NCBI GenBank assembly: GCA_027036015.1
Contig: JALVTH010000068.1
Coordinates: forward strand, 4,730 to 68,729
Length of the DNA: 64,000 nt
From: Campylobacteraceae bacterium
GTDB lineage: Bacteria > Campylobacterota > Campylobacteria > Campylobacterales > Sulfurovaceae
Direction of reading: 5' to 3'
The first letter of the stretch is position 1. Every line of letters begins with the position of its first letter. Positions 46,974-57,480 of the stretch are shown piece by piece. The translations under genes and the position numbers were made by a program. The notes under the pieces are model-generated. The model searched no databases and was not told the origin of the DNA. It was given only the letters and a program-made list of their open reading frames with translations.

Positions 46974-48778
46974 TGCTCTATCCTTGATTTAACTTCACTT
47001 ACTATTGCTTCATCATTTGCCAAATCCAAAAATTCAAATACTCTTCCACTTTGTATTGTTCCATCAAGCAAATCGCCACTCTCTCTTAAAGCCAAATCTA
47101 ATCTTGCAATCTCAAAACCATCATTAATTTTGCAAAATTCAATTAATCGCTTTGGAATTTGACTCATATTAGTATATAAAAAACAAAAACTTTTTAATCC
47201 ATAGCGCCCAACTCTTCCTCGAAGCTGATGCAGTGTTGCAAGTCCAAAGCGCTCAGCTCCAACAATTACAATTGTTGTAAGACGCGGCAATGAGATGCCA
47301 ACTTCAATAACAGTAGTTGAGAGTAAAATTTTACCCTTTTGCCTAAACTCTAATAATACCTCTTGCTTTTTTGTATCTTTTCCATGAGTAATATAAACAC
47401 CATCAAAATGCTTTTGCCAAAAGCTTGAAGCTTCACTTAATGATTGATAAGGCATCTCATCACTTGGCTCTACCAGTGGATAGACAATTAATACTTGATG
47501 ATTTTTAGCAATCTCTTTTTTAATATGAGCAAAAAGTTTTTTAAAATCTTTTTTTTGCACTACTTGGGTTGTAATCTCTTTTTTAAAAGGAAGCTGTTTT
47601 ATAAGCGAAATATCAATTGCACCAGATTCAAGCATTGCTTGAGTTCTTGGAATTGGTGTAGCACTAAATTGTAAAAAATGCGGATGTTTTGAACCTTCTT
47701 GTACCAAACGACTCAAAAGTGCTCTTTGATTAGTGCCAAATCGATGCTGTTCATCAACCATGACAAGTGCAGCTTTTGGTAACTTTTCTTGATAAAGCAA
47801 AGCATGGGTTCCAATAATAAAATCAGCCTCTTCTAATTTACCAATTTGCTCTTTTTGGGTTAAAAGTGCAATTGTTAAAAAAGGACGCAAAAACTTTTGT
47901 GCCTCTTCAAAAAGCTGATTTGCTAAAAGCGAAGTTGGTGCCATAAGAATTGATTTTTCTTTTCCTGCAATAAAAGCTGCTGCTAAAATCACCATTGTTT
48001 TACCGCTTCCAACATCACCAATAATAAGACGCCTTGCAGCTTTTTTAGAAGAAGCTAAATCTTTTTGAATATCTTTAATTGCTTTTAATTGATCATTCGT
48101 TAAGTTAAAAGGAAGTGCATTTATAAATGGCGCTATATCTTTTTTTAAAGCCTTTATTGGAAGAAAGCTTTGTCTTTTTTTGCGAAGTTTTAATAAAAAA
48201 TTTATTGCCTCAACTTTTTTAAGATGAAAAATAATCTCTTCTTTTAGCTTGCCATCTTTTTTAATCTCATCTAAACTTTTTGGAAAGTGAAGCTTTAAAA
48301 TCGCTTCAATCTCTTCTTCTTTCAAACAAAATTTTTCTAAATTCTCAATTGTTAAATATTTAGAAATTAAATCTTTAATTTGCGACTCTTTTAAAGCACT
48401 TTTATATTTTGGCTCAATCATTCCATAATTTTTGAGTGACTTTGGTTGAGATATTTGTAAAAATCCATTAAAAATACTTACTCTTCCACTAATTATATGT
48501 TCACTATTGAGTCTAAAAGTTTTTTGATGATAAGGAGTCGTTTTAAAAAAAACTCCCATAATCTCTTTATTAAAAAAAGGCAAAAAAAAGCGAACATAAA
48601 GCTTACCATTTCTTAAAAAATGCTCTTTCACAATCGCTCTTGTCGTTAAATTCTCATTAACTTTTATTTCGTTTGAAAGGGTGGTATCTATGTAGTTTCT
48701 TGGCAGCATCAATGCCAAATCAAGCAAACTCTTCTTTTTTAATTTGACTAAGAGCTGCTTATCTTCTTGGCTAAACAT
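46967..48778 (-). CDS. recG: ATP-dependent DNA helicase RecG
   Basis: 603 aa with Walker A GDVGSGKT, DEQH (VMVDEQHRFG), QLRGRVGR and an N-terminal wedge domain. Confidence 0.92.
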   Translation of the reverse strand: MFSQEDKQLLVKLKKKSLLDLALMLPRNYIDTTLSNEIKVNENLTTRAIVKEHFLRNGKLYVRFFLPFFNKEIMGVFFKTTPYHQKTFRLNSEHIISGRVSIFNGFLQISQPKSLKNYGMIEPKYKSALKESQIKDLISKYLTIENLEKFCLKEEEIEAILKLHFPKSLDEIKKDGKLKEEIIFHLKKVEAINFLLKLRKKRQSFLPIKALKKDIAPFINALPFNLTNDQLKAIKDIQKDLASSKKAARRLIIGDVGSGKTMVILAAAFIAGKEKSILMAPTSLLANQLFEEAQKFLRPFLTIALLTQKEQIGKLEEADFIIGTHALLYQEKLPKAALVMVDEQHRFGTNQRALLSRLVQEGSKHPHFLQFSATPIPRTQAMLESGAIDISLIKQLPFKKEITTQVVQKKDFKKLFAHIKKEIAKNHQVLIVYPLVEPSDEMPYQSLSEASSFWQKHFDGVYITHGKDTKKQEVLLEFRQKGKILLSTTVIEVGISLPRLTTIVIVGAERFGLATLHQLRGRVGRYGLKSFCFLYTNMSQIPKRLIEFCKINDGFEIARLDLALRESGDLLDGTIQSGRVFEFLDLANDEAIVSEVKSRIEQC

Positions 48779-50061
48779 TACTTTTTAGTAACAATACTAA
48801 AGCTTAAATTTTTAATCTCTTGATGCTTTTTAATAAAGTTATTTATCTCATCTAATGTTACACTTTTAATAATCTCAAGCTGCTCTTTATTAAAATTTAA
48901 TCCTAAACCATCATAATACTCTCTAAAAGCTCTGCCAACTCTTTGAGAAAGCGTTTCATTTCTTAATGGTTCAGATCCAATAAAAAATCTCTTAGCACTC
49001 TCAAGCTCTTCTTTGCTCACACCTTTTGCAAGAAAATCATTAATAACTTCTTTAACAACCTTAATTGCCTCTTTTTGAGACTCAACTTTTGTTTGCAAAT
49101 AACCAAAAAAGTAGCTATTTGTTTTATTTACAATAAAGCGCGAATAAGCTGAATAAGCAAGCCCTCTTTTTACTCTTACTTCTTCCATTAAACGGCTGCC
49201 AAAGCCTCCACCTCCAAGAATAAAAGAAGCAAGCTTTCCTATTACAAGTGCCCTTTTATTGCTAAAATCCATATTATAAGGAGCACCAAAGTAGATGTAA
49301 GCTTGTTTTGTCTCTTTAAAAATCTCCTTTGTTTTTGGTGTAGCATTCGTTTGAAATTTAGGAAGCTCTGGAACCTTGCCTTTTGGCAAAATAGCAGCTA
49401 CTTTTTTTGCAATCTCTTTTGCTTCCTCGCTGCCAAAATCCCCACCAACTACAATAATTAAATTATTTTTCTTTAAATGCTCTTTAATAAACTTTTTAAT
49501 CTCTTCTAAAGATATTGTTTTAATTGATTCAATCGTTCCAAGACGTGGCAAGGCTAAAGGAGTATTGGCAAAAAGAAGCTCTTTTAAATGAATATTTGCA
49601 ATGTAATCGTTATCGTCAGCCTTTCTTGCAAGCACTCCAAGTCGTTTGGTTTTGATTTTACTAAGTGTTTCTTGCGTGTAATTTGGATCTTGTAAAAGTT
49701 CAATGAGTTTTTGCAGCGCAAAAGCAAACTGCTCTTTTAGTGCATCAATACTAAAAACTAAAGTCTCATTACCTACATTTACACTTAATTCAATTGCTCT
49801 ATCTTCAAGCTCTTTAGAAAATTCAAGCGCACCTTTACTTTTTGTTCCTTCATTTAATAAATCTGCTGCCAAACTTGCAAGCCCGCCCTTTTTACTTGCA
49901 AGTGCACCAGCATTTGTAAAAACAAACTCCACTGAAGCAATTGGCAAATTGTTATCTTGTTCAAAAATTACAGGAATCTTTACTCCATCACTTTCTATAT
50001 GCATCAATACTGCTGCCATTATATACCCTTGTAATAAGAAAAATAGAAAAACTTTTCGCAT
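48778..50061 (-). CDS. M16-family (pitrilysin-like) protein lacking the HxxEH zinc motif
   Basis: 427 aa with a signal peptide. At the position of GLAHFLEHM the sequence reads GLASLAADL. The rest of the M16 fold is recognisable (GSRLMEEVRVKRGLAYSAYS). Confidence 0.7.
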   Translation of the reverse strand: MRKVFLFFLLQGYIMAAVLMHIESDGVKIPVIFEQDNNLPIASVEFVFTNAGALASKKGGLASLAADLLNEGTKSKGALEFSKELEDRAIELSVNVGNETLVFSIDALKEQFAFALQKLIELLQDPNYTQETLSKIKTKRLGVLARKADDNDYIANIHLKELLFANTPLALPRLGTIESIKTISLEEIKKFIKEHLKKNNLIIVVGGDFGSEEAKEIAKKVAAILPKGKVPELPKFQTNATPKTKEIFKETKQAYIYFGAPYNMDFSNKRALVIGKLASFILGGGGFGSRLMEEVRVKRGLAYSAYSRFIVNKTNSYFFGYLQTKVESQKEAIKVVKEVINDFLAKGVSKEELESAKRFFIGSEPLRNETLSQRVGRAFREYYDGLGLNFNKEQLEIIKSVTLDEINNFIKKHQEIKNLSFSIVTKK

Positions 50062-50107
50062 CTGCTTCCTTTGCTTTTATGCATAAAAACCATACAATTT
50101 AAACATT

Positions 50108-51178
50108 TTAAAAATAGGTTTCTAAAATCTCATAAGCTGTATTTCTTTTTGCTGGCTTTTCTCCAATATCCTTAATTAGTTCAATCATTTGCGCTTGATT
50201 CATCGAGTTTTTTGCTCCAGCTGCAGCAACAACATTTTCTTCCATCATAGTACTTCCTAAATCATTTGCGCCAAAAAGCAGTGCCATTTGTCCAATATAG
50301 CTTCCTTGTGTAACCCAAGAGCTTTGAATATTTTTTACATTATCTAAAAAGAGTCTTGCAATTGCTAAAAGTCGTAAATATCGGTTTGAACTCTGTTTTT
50401 GAATCTCAGGATATTTTTGCACTAATGCAGTATTTTTGCCTTGAAAACTCCACATAATAAAAGCTCGAAAACCTTGCGTTTTATCTTGCAAATTACGCAC
50501 AGCTTCAAGGTGTTCTAAAATCTCTTCATCTGTTTCTAAGGTTCCATACATCATTGTTGCAGTTGATTTTATACCAAGTTTGTGTGCCTCTTCATGCACT
50601 TTAAGCCACACATCTTTATCAATTTTTTTTGGCGAAATCAAATCTCTTACACGATCACTCAAAATTTCAGCTCCAGCTCCAGGAATTGAACTAAGCCCTT
50701 TGGCTTTAAGACGCTCTAAAACCTCTTTGATAGAAATTTTAGAGCGTCTTGCAATATAATCAATCTCAATTGCACTAAAGCCATGAATAGTAATTTGAGG
50801 ATATTTTTTATGAATATGTTCAACCAAATCCTCATACCACTCTATCGTTAATTTGGGATGTACTCCACCTTGAAAAAGAATTTGCGTTCCTCCAATTGCT
50901 AAGAGCTCTTCAATTTTTTGATCAATCTCTTCATAACTTAAAATATAGGCATCTTCATCTTTTTCATGACGATAAAAGGCACAAAAATCACAATCAACCC
51001 AGCAAATATTAGTATAATTGATATTTCTATCAACAACAAAAGTAGTAATGCCTTTTGGATGGAGCTCTTTTTTCTTTTCATATGCCATCTTGCCAAGCTC
51101 TAAAAGCTCAGCATTTTGTAACAAATCAAGTGCCTCTTCTTTTGAGAGCCGTTTATCGAGTCTAATCCTTTTTGTCAT
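50108..51178 (-). CDS. mqnC: Radical SAM menaquinone (futalosine pathway) enzyme, MqnC-like
   Basis: CxxxCxxC cluster motif CWVDCDFC with NINYTNIC. PGAGAEIL and FIMWSFQ favour MqnC over MqnE. The start is taken at the ATG at 51178. Confidence 0.7.
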   Translation of the reverse strand: MTKRIRLDKRLSKEEALDLLQNAELLELGKMAYEKKKELHPKGITTFVVDRNINYTNICWVDCDFCAFYRHEKDEDAYILSYEEIDQKIEELLAIGGTQILFQGGVHPKLTIEWYEDLVEHIHKKYPQITIHGFSAIEIDYIARRSKISIKEVLERLKAKGLSSIPGAGAEILSDRVRDLISPKKIDKDVWLKVHEEAHKLGIKSTATMMYGTLETDEEILEHLEAVRNLQDKTQGFRAFIMWSFQGKNTALVQKYPEIQKQSSNRYLRLLAIARLFLDNVKNIQSSWVTQGSYIGQMALLFGANDLGSTMMEENVVAAAGAKNSMNQAQMIELIKDIGEKPAKRNTAYEILETYF

Positions 51179-51581
51179 CTTTTTGCTCCTCTTTGCCAAT
51201 AGCATCTAAAACACCATTAATAAATTGGGGCGATTTTTCATCTGCAAGTTGCTTGGCAAGCTCTATTGCTTCATTAATTGCTACGGCTCTATCTAAATTT
51301 TCATACAAAATCTCATAAGCTCCAAGACGCAAAATTGCTTTTTCAATTCGTCCAAGCTCATCAAAACCCCACCCTTTAAGATGCTTCTTAATCTCTTCAT
51401 CAATGGTTTGTAAATTTTTAATTGCTCCATTAAAAAGCTTGGCACTAAATTCTCTTTGCTTATTACGAATTTTTCGCTCTTCTAAAATATCTTCAAAAAA
51501 CTTTCCAATCTCTTCATTGCCTAAATCATAGGCATACAAAAGCCCAACAACTGCAGCTCTTGCTTGGCGTCTTGTTGCCAT
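51162..51581 (-). CDS. nusB: Transcription antitermination factor NusB
   Basis: 139 aa starting [20 protein letters not shown]. Confidence 0.9.
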   Translation of the reverse strand: MATRRQARAAVVGLLYAYDLGNEEIGKFFEDILEERKIRNKQREFSAKLFNGAIKNLQTIDEEIKKHLKGWGFDELGRIEKAILRLGAYEILYENLDRAVAINEAIELAKQLADEKSPQFINGVLDAIGKEEQKDDKKD

Positions 51582-52039
51582 TACATTTCCTCAAATAAAT
51601 TTAACATTTCAATCAAACTACCCATTGCCTCTGCCCCTTTATTACCTGCTTTGGTTCCAGCGCGTTCAATTGCTTGCTCAATTGTATCAACGGTTAATAC
51701 TCCAAAACTTACTGGTTTACCATGTTTTAGAGCACTATTTGCAATCCCTTTTGTAGCTTCTGCTGCAACATAATCAAAATGTGGTGTAGCACCGCGAATT
51801 ACAGCTCCAAGACAACAGATACCGTCATATTTTTGCAATGCTTTATTTAAAGCAAAAGGAATCTCAAATGCTCCAGGAACTAAAATCAAATCTAAGTCCT
51901 CTTCTTTTCCGCCATGTCTTACATAAAAATCTTTTGCACCTTCAATGAGTCTGTCAGTAATAAAGTGATTAAATCTTGCACTAATAATTGCTATTTTTTT
52001 ATTGGGATTTACTTGTAAATTTCCTTCAATTATATTCAT
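51581..52039 (-). CDS. ribH: 6,7-dimethyl-8-ribityllumazine synthase
   Basis: [46 protein letters not shown]. The start is at the ATG at 52039, with SD AAAGGAG. Confidence 0.93.
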   Translation of the reverse strand: MNIIEGNLQVNPNKKIAIISARFNHFITDRLIEGAKDFYVRHGGKEEDLDLILVPGAFEIPFALNKALQKYDGICCLGAVIRGATPHFDYVAAEATKGIANSALKHGKPVSFGVLTVDTIEQAIERAGTKAGNKGAEAMGSLIEMLNLFEEM

Positions 52040-52055
52040 AATACTCCTTTTTATT

Positions 52056-52856
52056 TTAATTTGCAATTTCAGCAATTGCTTTTAATTTTGGAAGTAAGCT
52101 TTTTAATTGCTCTAATTTAATCATATTTGGTCCATCACTTAGCGCAATTGATGGGTTAAAATGCGTTTCAAAGAAAAAGCCATCAACTCCAACAGCAGCT
52201 GCACCTTTTGCTAAATATGGAACAAAACGGCTATCGCCTCCACTGCTGCTACTACCACTTGCTGGCATTTGTACTGAATGCGTTGCATCAAAAATAACTG
52301 GCGCTACTTCTTTCATAATAACAAAACTTCTCATATCAACAACTAAATTTCCATAACCAAATGTGCTGCCTCGCTCTGTAAGCCACACTTTAGCCTTTTT
52401 AGAAATTTCATAATTTGGCTCTTTATCAATTCCTCTTGTTTTAAGCACCTTTGTTACTGAATGCTTCATAGCCTCAGGCGCTAAAAATTGCCCCTTTTTA
52501 ATATTGATAATTGCATTCGTTTTTGCAGCTGCAACTAAAAGATCTGTTTGACGACATAAAAAGGCTGGAATTTGTAAAACATCAGCTACCTCGCTAACTG
52601 GCTTTGCCTGATATGATTCATGAATATCGGTTAATATTTTATAACCAAACTCTTTTTTAACCTCTTGCAAAATTTTTAATCCCTCTTCTAAACCTGGACC
52701 TCTGTAACTTTCAATTGAAGTTCTGTTTGCTTTATCAAAACTTGCTTTAAAATAAAATTCAATCCAAGGCTCTTTTACAAATTCGCTTAAACTTTTAGCT
52801 ATTGTAAAAACATTTTCTCTACTTTCAATCACACACGGTCCAGCAATTATAATCAA
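52056..52856 (-). CDS. kdsA: 3-deoxy-8-phosphooctulonate (KDO-8-P) synthase
   Basis: 266 aa with [32 protein letters not shown] and DATHSVQ. Confidence 0.95.
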   Translation of the reverse strand: MIIIAGPCVIESRENVFTIAKSLSEFVKEPWIEFYFKASFDKANRTSIESYRGPGLEEGLKILQEVKKEFGYKILTDIHESYQAKPVSEVADVLQIPAFLCRQTDLLVAAAKTNAIINIKKGQFLAPEAMKHSVTKVLKTRGIDKEPNYEISKKAKVWLTERGSTFGYGNLVVDMRSFVIMKEVAPVIFDATHSVQMPASGSSSSGGDSRFVPYLAKGAAAVGVDGFFFETHFNPSIALSDGPNMIKLEQLKSLLPKLKAIAEIAN

Positions 52857-52901
52857 TCTAAATTCCTTTTAAAAAATTTTTTTTATTATACTCAAAATTG
52901 C

Positions 52902-53627
52902 TTAGCGCTCTAATATAGCATCAATATGTGATACAAAAGGAATGTCAACAACTCTTACCACATCAGCAATGCCATCACGATTTACTGCAAAGATAACTTT
53001 TCCGCTTTTGCTTCCTAAAATCTTTTTATGGGTGTAAAGGTAAAAAATAAAATCATTTTTGTTTGCTCCAAGCTCTTTTGCCACTTTTTGGGCTTGACTT
53101 TTTGGCAAAACTTCAATTAGCAGTGTCCCTCCAAAATTTTCCATTCCTGCAACCAAAACTTTATATGTTCCAGCTCTTTTCTTTGATAAAGTAGCTACTA
53201 TATTGTGATAAATTGAAACAAAATCATTATAAGTAAAAAATTTTAAAGGATGTTTGTAACTCTTTTGCAATTTGTTATTTTTCCATGCTTTTTTAATTTT
53301 ATAAACTCTTTTATTGTTGTAATCAAAAAGATATTCAGTATGCCCTTTTTTATTAGAAAAGCTATAATCTTGCACAAAATGTTTGGCTTTATAGATATTT
53401 CTTACAATAAAGCCATTTGCATTGTAGCTTTCTATTCTATTTTTTGAAAGTTTTTTAGCTAAGCCTATGGTAGTTAAACGCATTGAAACATTATAGTGGT
53501 TTGAATTTATATTATAGTTTATATACAAATCCCCTTCTTTGCCAAAAAGTGGTGCTTTTAATATATAATGCAAAGAGTGAGCCTTTAAAAAAACAATAAA
53601 AAAAAGAAAAACAATAAATCGTTTCAT
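52902..53627 (-). CDS. Secreted beta-rich protein of unknown function (DUF3108-like)
   Basis: 241 aa with a signal peptide and a K/Y/N-rich beta-strand pattern. The family assignment is tentative. Confidence 0.4.
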   Translation of the reverse strand: MKRFIVFLFFIVFLKAHSLHYILKAPLFGKEGDLYINYNINSNHYNVSMRLTTIGLAKKLSKNRIESYNANGFIVRNIYKAKHFVQDYSFSNKKGHTEYLFDYNNKRVYKIKKAWKNNKLQKSYKHPLKFFTYNDFVSIYHNIVATLSKKRAGTYKVLVAGMENFGGTLLIEVLPKSQAQKVAKELGANKNDFIFYLYTHKKILGSKSGKVIFAVNRDGIADVVRVVDIPFVSHIDAILER

Positions 53628-53648
53628 GAAAAAGCCTTTTTTCTTTGA

Positions 53649-53658
53649 ATTATAATCA
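53649..53658 (-). promoter_or_regulatory. Extended -10 element (TGATTATAAT) for the DUF3108-like gene / kdsA operon
   Basis: Reverse complement of ATTATAATCA, about 22 nt upstream of the ATG at 53627. Confidence 0.35.
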
Positions 53659-53685
53659 ATTAACTGTTTACCCTATGTTAACTTT

Positions 53686-53694
53686 TGTTATAAT
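53686..53694 (+). promoter_or_regulatory. Extended -10 element (TGTTATAAT) for der-trpS
   Basis: Lies 26 nt upstream of the der ATG (53720), with SD AAGGTAG. Confidence 0.45.
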
Positions 53695-53719
53695 TTGCAA
53701 AATTTTTTTAAGGTAGTCT

Positions 53720-55090
53720 ATGAAAAAGGTTGCAATAATTGGCAAACCAAATGTCGGTAAAAGCTCACTTTTTAATCGATTAGCAAAAAAACGCGATGCA
53801 ATTACATCTGAAGTAAGCGGCACAACAAGAGATATTAAAAAAACAATTATTTCACTTGAAGATAGAGAGTTTGAGCTCTTAGATACTGGCGGAATAGAAA
53901 AAAAAGATGAACTTTTTGATAAGGTTGCAACAAAAGCTTTAGAAGCAGCAAAAAAAGCCGATATTATTCTTTATATGGTTGATGGCAAAAGTATCCCACA
54001 AGATGATGATAAAGAGCTTTTTTGGCAACTTCAAGCACTCAACAAACCAATTGCGCTCATTGTTAATAAAATTGATAACGATAAAGAAAAAGATGAAAAG
54101 TTTTGGGAATTTAGCGAGTTTGGCGCACAAGATATTTTTGCCATTTCGGTAAGTCACAATAGAGGTTTAAGAGCACTTTATGAGTGGCTTTTTCAACATA
54201 TTGAACCAACAAAAAGTATAGAAATTGTTGATGATGATATACCGCTTGAGATGCTTTTAGAAGAAGAGCCAAAAGAAGATAAAAACATTAAAGTTGCCAT
54301 AATTGGGCGTGTAAATACTGGTAAAAGCTCACTTTTAAATGCTCTTTTAAATGAAGAGCGCGTTATTGTAAGTGACGTTGCAGGAACTACCATTGACCCA
54401 ATAGATGAAACAATTATTTATAACGACTATACAATTACTTTTGTTGATACTGCTGGAATTAGAAGACGCAGTAAAATTTTAGGAATTGAAAAATATGCTC
54501 TTATACGCACTGAAAAGATGCTTCAAGAAGCTGATATTGCAATTTTAGTAATTGATGCCACCGAAGGTGTAACTGAACTTGATGAAAAGATAGCTGGCTT
54601 TATAGACAAATATAAACTTGGTGCATTAATCGTTGTAAATAAATGGGATATCCGCGGAGAAAAAGAGTATAAAGAAGCAATTGAAGATGTAAGAGATAAC
54701 TTAAAATTTTTACATTTCGCTCCAATTTTAACAGTTTCAGCCAAAACTAAACAAAGAGTACACAAGATCTTAGATAAAGTAATAGAGATTTATCAACGCT
54801 ATATCCAAAGAATTCCAACTTCTAAACTTAATGAAGTAATTAAAATGGCAATTAGACGCCATCAAATTCCAAGCCATCATGGACAAGTTGTTAATATCAA
54901 ATATGCAACGCAGTTTGATATTAAGCCTCCTCGCATTGCTTTAATTGCCAATAAGCCTCATTTGATTCATTTTAGCTATTTGCGCTATTTGAGCAACTTT
55001 TTGCGAGAGCAGTTTGATTTTGAAGGGGTACCAATAGAATTAATTCCAAGAAAAAGTAGTGACAGATTTGATAAAGGAGAAAAGAAGTGA
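53720..55090 (+). CDS. der: Ribosome biogenesis GTPase Der (EngA)
   Basis: Tandem G domains (GKPNVGKSS and GRVNTGKSS; DTGG and DTAG; NKID and NKWD) plus a KH-like C-terminal domain. Confidence 0.95.
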   Translation: MKKVAIIGKPNVGKSSLFNRLAKKRDAITSEVSGTTRDIKKTIISLEDREFELLDTGGIEKKDELFDKVATKALEAAKKADIILYMVDGKSIPQDDDKELFWQLQALNKPIALIVNKIDNDKEKDEKFWEFSEFGAQDIFAISVSHNRGLRALYEWLFQHIEPTKSIEIVDDDIPLEMLLEEEPKEDKNIKVAIIGRVNTGKSSLLNALLNEERVIVSDVAGTTIDPIDETIIYNDYTITFVDTAGIRRRSKILGIEKYALIRTEKMLQEADIAILVIDATEGVTELDEKIAGFIDKYKLGALIVVNKWDIRGEKEYKEAIEDVRDNLKFLHFAPILTVSAKTKQRVHKILDKVIEIYQRYIQRIPTSKLNEVIKMAIRRHQIPSHHGQVVNIKYATQFDIKPPRIALIANKPHLIHFSYLRYLSNFLREQFDFEGVPIELIPRKSSDRFDKGEKK

Positions 55091-56052
55091 GAGTATTAAC
55101 AGGAATTCAGCCATCAGGCAAACTCCATATAGGCAACTATTTTGGGGCTATTAAAAAAATGGTAGAGTTACAAGAAGAACATGAACTTTTTGCATTTGTT
55201 GCTAACTATCATGCTCTAAGTGGTGGAGCAAACCCAAAAGAGTTGCCTCAAAACACAATTGATATAGCAATTGATTATTTAGCTTTGGGAATTGATCCAA
55301 ACAAAACTACGCTTTGGATTCAAAGCCATGTTAAAGAAGTGCTTGAACTTTATTGGATTTTATCAAAATATACACCAGTTGGACTACTTGAGCGCGCACA
55401 CAGCTATAAAGATAAAATTGCTAAAGGAATAGCTCCAAGCCATGCTCTTTTTAGCTATCCAGTTTTAATGGCAGCAGATATTTTACTTTTTGATGCCCAG
55501 CTTATTCCAGTTGGCAAAGATCAAATCCAACATCTTGAAATGACACGCGACATTGCTCAAAAGTTTAATAATGATAATGGCGAAATTTTTATTTTACCTC
55601 AAGCTTTAGTTGATGAAAATGTTGCAACGGTTCCTGGAATTGATGGCGCAAAAATGAGTAAAAGTTATAACAATACAATTGAAATTTTTTACGAAACGCA
55701 AAAACAGCTTCAAAAACGCTGCAACAAAATCATAACTGATTCAACTCCTCTTGGCGAGCCACTTGAGTGGGAAGGCAATAATGTTTTTGCTCTACTTAAA
55801 CTTTTTAGCACGCAAGAAGAGATAGAAGAGTTAAAAAAAGATTATAAAAGTGGTCAATATGGACATGGGCACTTCAAAAAGCTTTTAACACAAAAAATGT
55901 GGAATTATTTTGAAAAGGCAAGAGAAAAAAGAGCCTACTATCAAGAACATTTAGACGAAGTAAAAGAGATTTTAAACGAAGGTGCTAAAAAAGCGCGCCA
56001 AATTGCACAAGAGAAAATGAAAGTAGTAAGAGAAGCTGTTGGAATTATTTAA
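55087..56052 (+). CDS. trpS: Tryptophan--tRNA ligase
   Basis: 321 aa with a GTG start overlapping the der stop. HIGH-type GKLHIGNY, GKDQ and KMSKS. Confidence 0.95.
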   Translation: MRVLTGIQPSGKLHIGNYFGAIKKMVELQEEHELFAFVANYHALSGGANPKELPQNTIDIAIDYLALGIDPNKTTLWIQSHVKEVLELYWILSKYTPVGLLERAHSYKDKIAKGIAPSHALFSYPVLMAADILLFDAQLIPVGKDQIQHLEMTRDIAQKFNNDNGEIFILPQALVDENVATVPGIDGAKMSKSYNNTIEIFYETQKQLQKRCNKIITDSTPLGEPLEWEGNNVFALLKLFSTQEEIEELKKDYKSGQYGHGHFKKLLTQKMWNYFEKAREKRAYYQEHLDEVKEILNEGAKKARQIAQEKMKVVREAVGII

Positions 56053-56060
56053 GCCTCTTT

Positions 56061-56663
56061 TTAAAAATCGTAACTTATTCCAGCTGTGAGGGCTGAAGAT
56101 TTTGTGCTTCCTCTATTGGCTTTATAAAGGGCTGAGCCATCTTTGCCCATATAAATATAATCAGCAAAAATTTTAAAATTATCTTTTAATTTATAATTTG
56201 CCCCAATACCAACTTGCACACCTGAATGTTTCATATTAATTCTTTTATCATCAATACCAACTGCTTTAAAGCTTCCATAGCCAATTAAAGAATAAAGGTC
56301 AATATTTTTATATATCTCATATTTTGGTTTCAAAAAAAGCCCCCAACTATGATAATCAACACCATTATCATAACCAATAGAAAGCAATACTCTTCCTTCT
56401 GCATCTAAATACTCATTAATGTTATATCCACTAATAACGGCTAAATCTAACATATAGTTTTTATTTTCCATCAATGAGCTATCAAAATGAAGCAAACCTT
56501 GTGCTAAGCCAAGTCCTGCATAAAAACCACTTTTTTGATTGCCTTTTGCAATAATATCTGGAGCATAAATCATTTTTTCTTCTGGACTTAGGCTCTTATT
56601 TGCATCTTCTTGAGCATAAAGAAATGAAAATAATAAAAGAAAAACCAAAAGTATCTTTTTCAT
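56061..56663 (-). CDS. Outer-membrane beta-barrel protein (small OMP/porin family)
   Basis: Signal peptide MKKILLVFLLLFSFLYA, alternating beta-strand pattern and a C-terminal ISYDF. The start at 56663 is supported by SD AAGGA and an upstream promoter. Confidence 0.7.
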   Translation of the reverse strand: MKKILLVFLLLFSFLYAQEDANKSLSPEEKMIYAPDIIAKGNQKSGFYAGLGLAQGLLHFDSSLMENKNYMLDLAVISGYNINEYLDAEGRVLLSIGYDNGVDYHSWGLFLKPKYEIYKNIDLYSLIGYGSFKAVGIDDKRINMKHSGVQVGIGANYKLKDNFKIFADYIYMGKDGSALYKANRGSTKSSALTAGISYDF

Positions 56664-56694
56664 TGTGAATCCTTCTTGTGAGGCCATTTTTAAT

Positions 56695-56703
56695 ATTATA
56701 ACA
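56695..56703 (-). promoter_or_regulatory. Extended -10 element (TGTTATAAT) for the OMP gene
   Basis: Reverse complement of ATTATAACA, about 32 nt upstream of the ATG at 56663. It lies inside the spurious N-terminal extension of the track ORF. Confidence 0.45.
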
Positions 56704-56739
56704 TATAAATGCAAATTTTATCTTAAATAATATGAAAAG

Positions 56740-57480
56740 TTATTGAGAAAGCCATTTTTTTGCAATAGTGCGAAGATTTTTTACATTATCAGAAGCATAT
56801 ATTTGCATAGAAGGAGTTTTAGGAAGTTTTTTATAACCAAGAGAAAGTAAATACTCTACAATTGCTTCTCCAGAATGAATTAAAATTGGCTTATTGTGAA
56901 AAAAGTTTTTTATCGATTTTGCAATTAAAGGAAAATGTGTACATCCCAAAATTATTGCATCTGGGGTTGCAATATCTTTAAAATAATACTCAAGCATTGC
57001 TTCAAGCACTTTTCCTTCGAAGATTCCTTCTTCTACTATTGGAACAAGCATTCCAGTTTGTAAAGCCATAATATTTTTAAAGCCTTTTTTTGCAATTTCA
57101 ATTTGATAGCGCTTAGAATTAATTGTAGCTCTTGTTGCAATAATTAAAATATTAGCATCTTTATTTATACCTTTTTTTTCAAGCGCCCAAATTCCAGGCT
57201 CTATCACCCCATAAACTGGATATGAAGCAACTTCACGCATATCATTTAAAGCATAAGCACTTACCGTATTACAAGCTGTAATTAATAAATCAATATCAAA
57301 GTTATTAAAAAATTCTATTGCTTCTAAGCCATACCGAATGATTGTATTAGAATCTTTTATTCCATAAGGAACTCGCGCAGTATCACCATAATAGATTATC
57401 TCATCAAAAAGTGGGGTTTGCAAAAGCGATTTTGCAACAGTTAAGCCCCCTGCCCCTGAATCAAAAACGCCAACGCGCAT
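56740..57480 (-). CDS. murI: Glutamate racemase
   Basis: 246 aa with FDSGAGGLTV, the two catalytic Cys regions (ACNTVS and GCTHFP), and a 1-nt overlap with the rho stop. Confidence 0.93.
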   Translation of the reverse strand: MRVGVFDSGAGGLTVAKSLLQTPLFDEIIYYGDTARVPYGIKDSNTIIRYGLEAIEFFNNFDIDLLITACNTVSAYALNDMREVASYPVYGVIEPGIWALEKKGINKDANILIIATRATINSKRYQIEIAKKGFKNIMALQTGMLVPIVEEGIFEGKVLEAMLEYYFKDIATPDAIILGCTHFPLIAKSIKNFFHNKPILIHSGEAIVEYLLSLGYKKLPKTPSMQIYASDNVKNLRTIAKKWLSQ

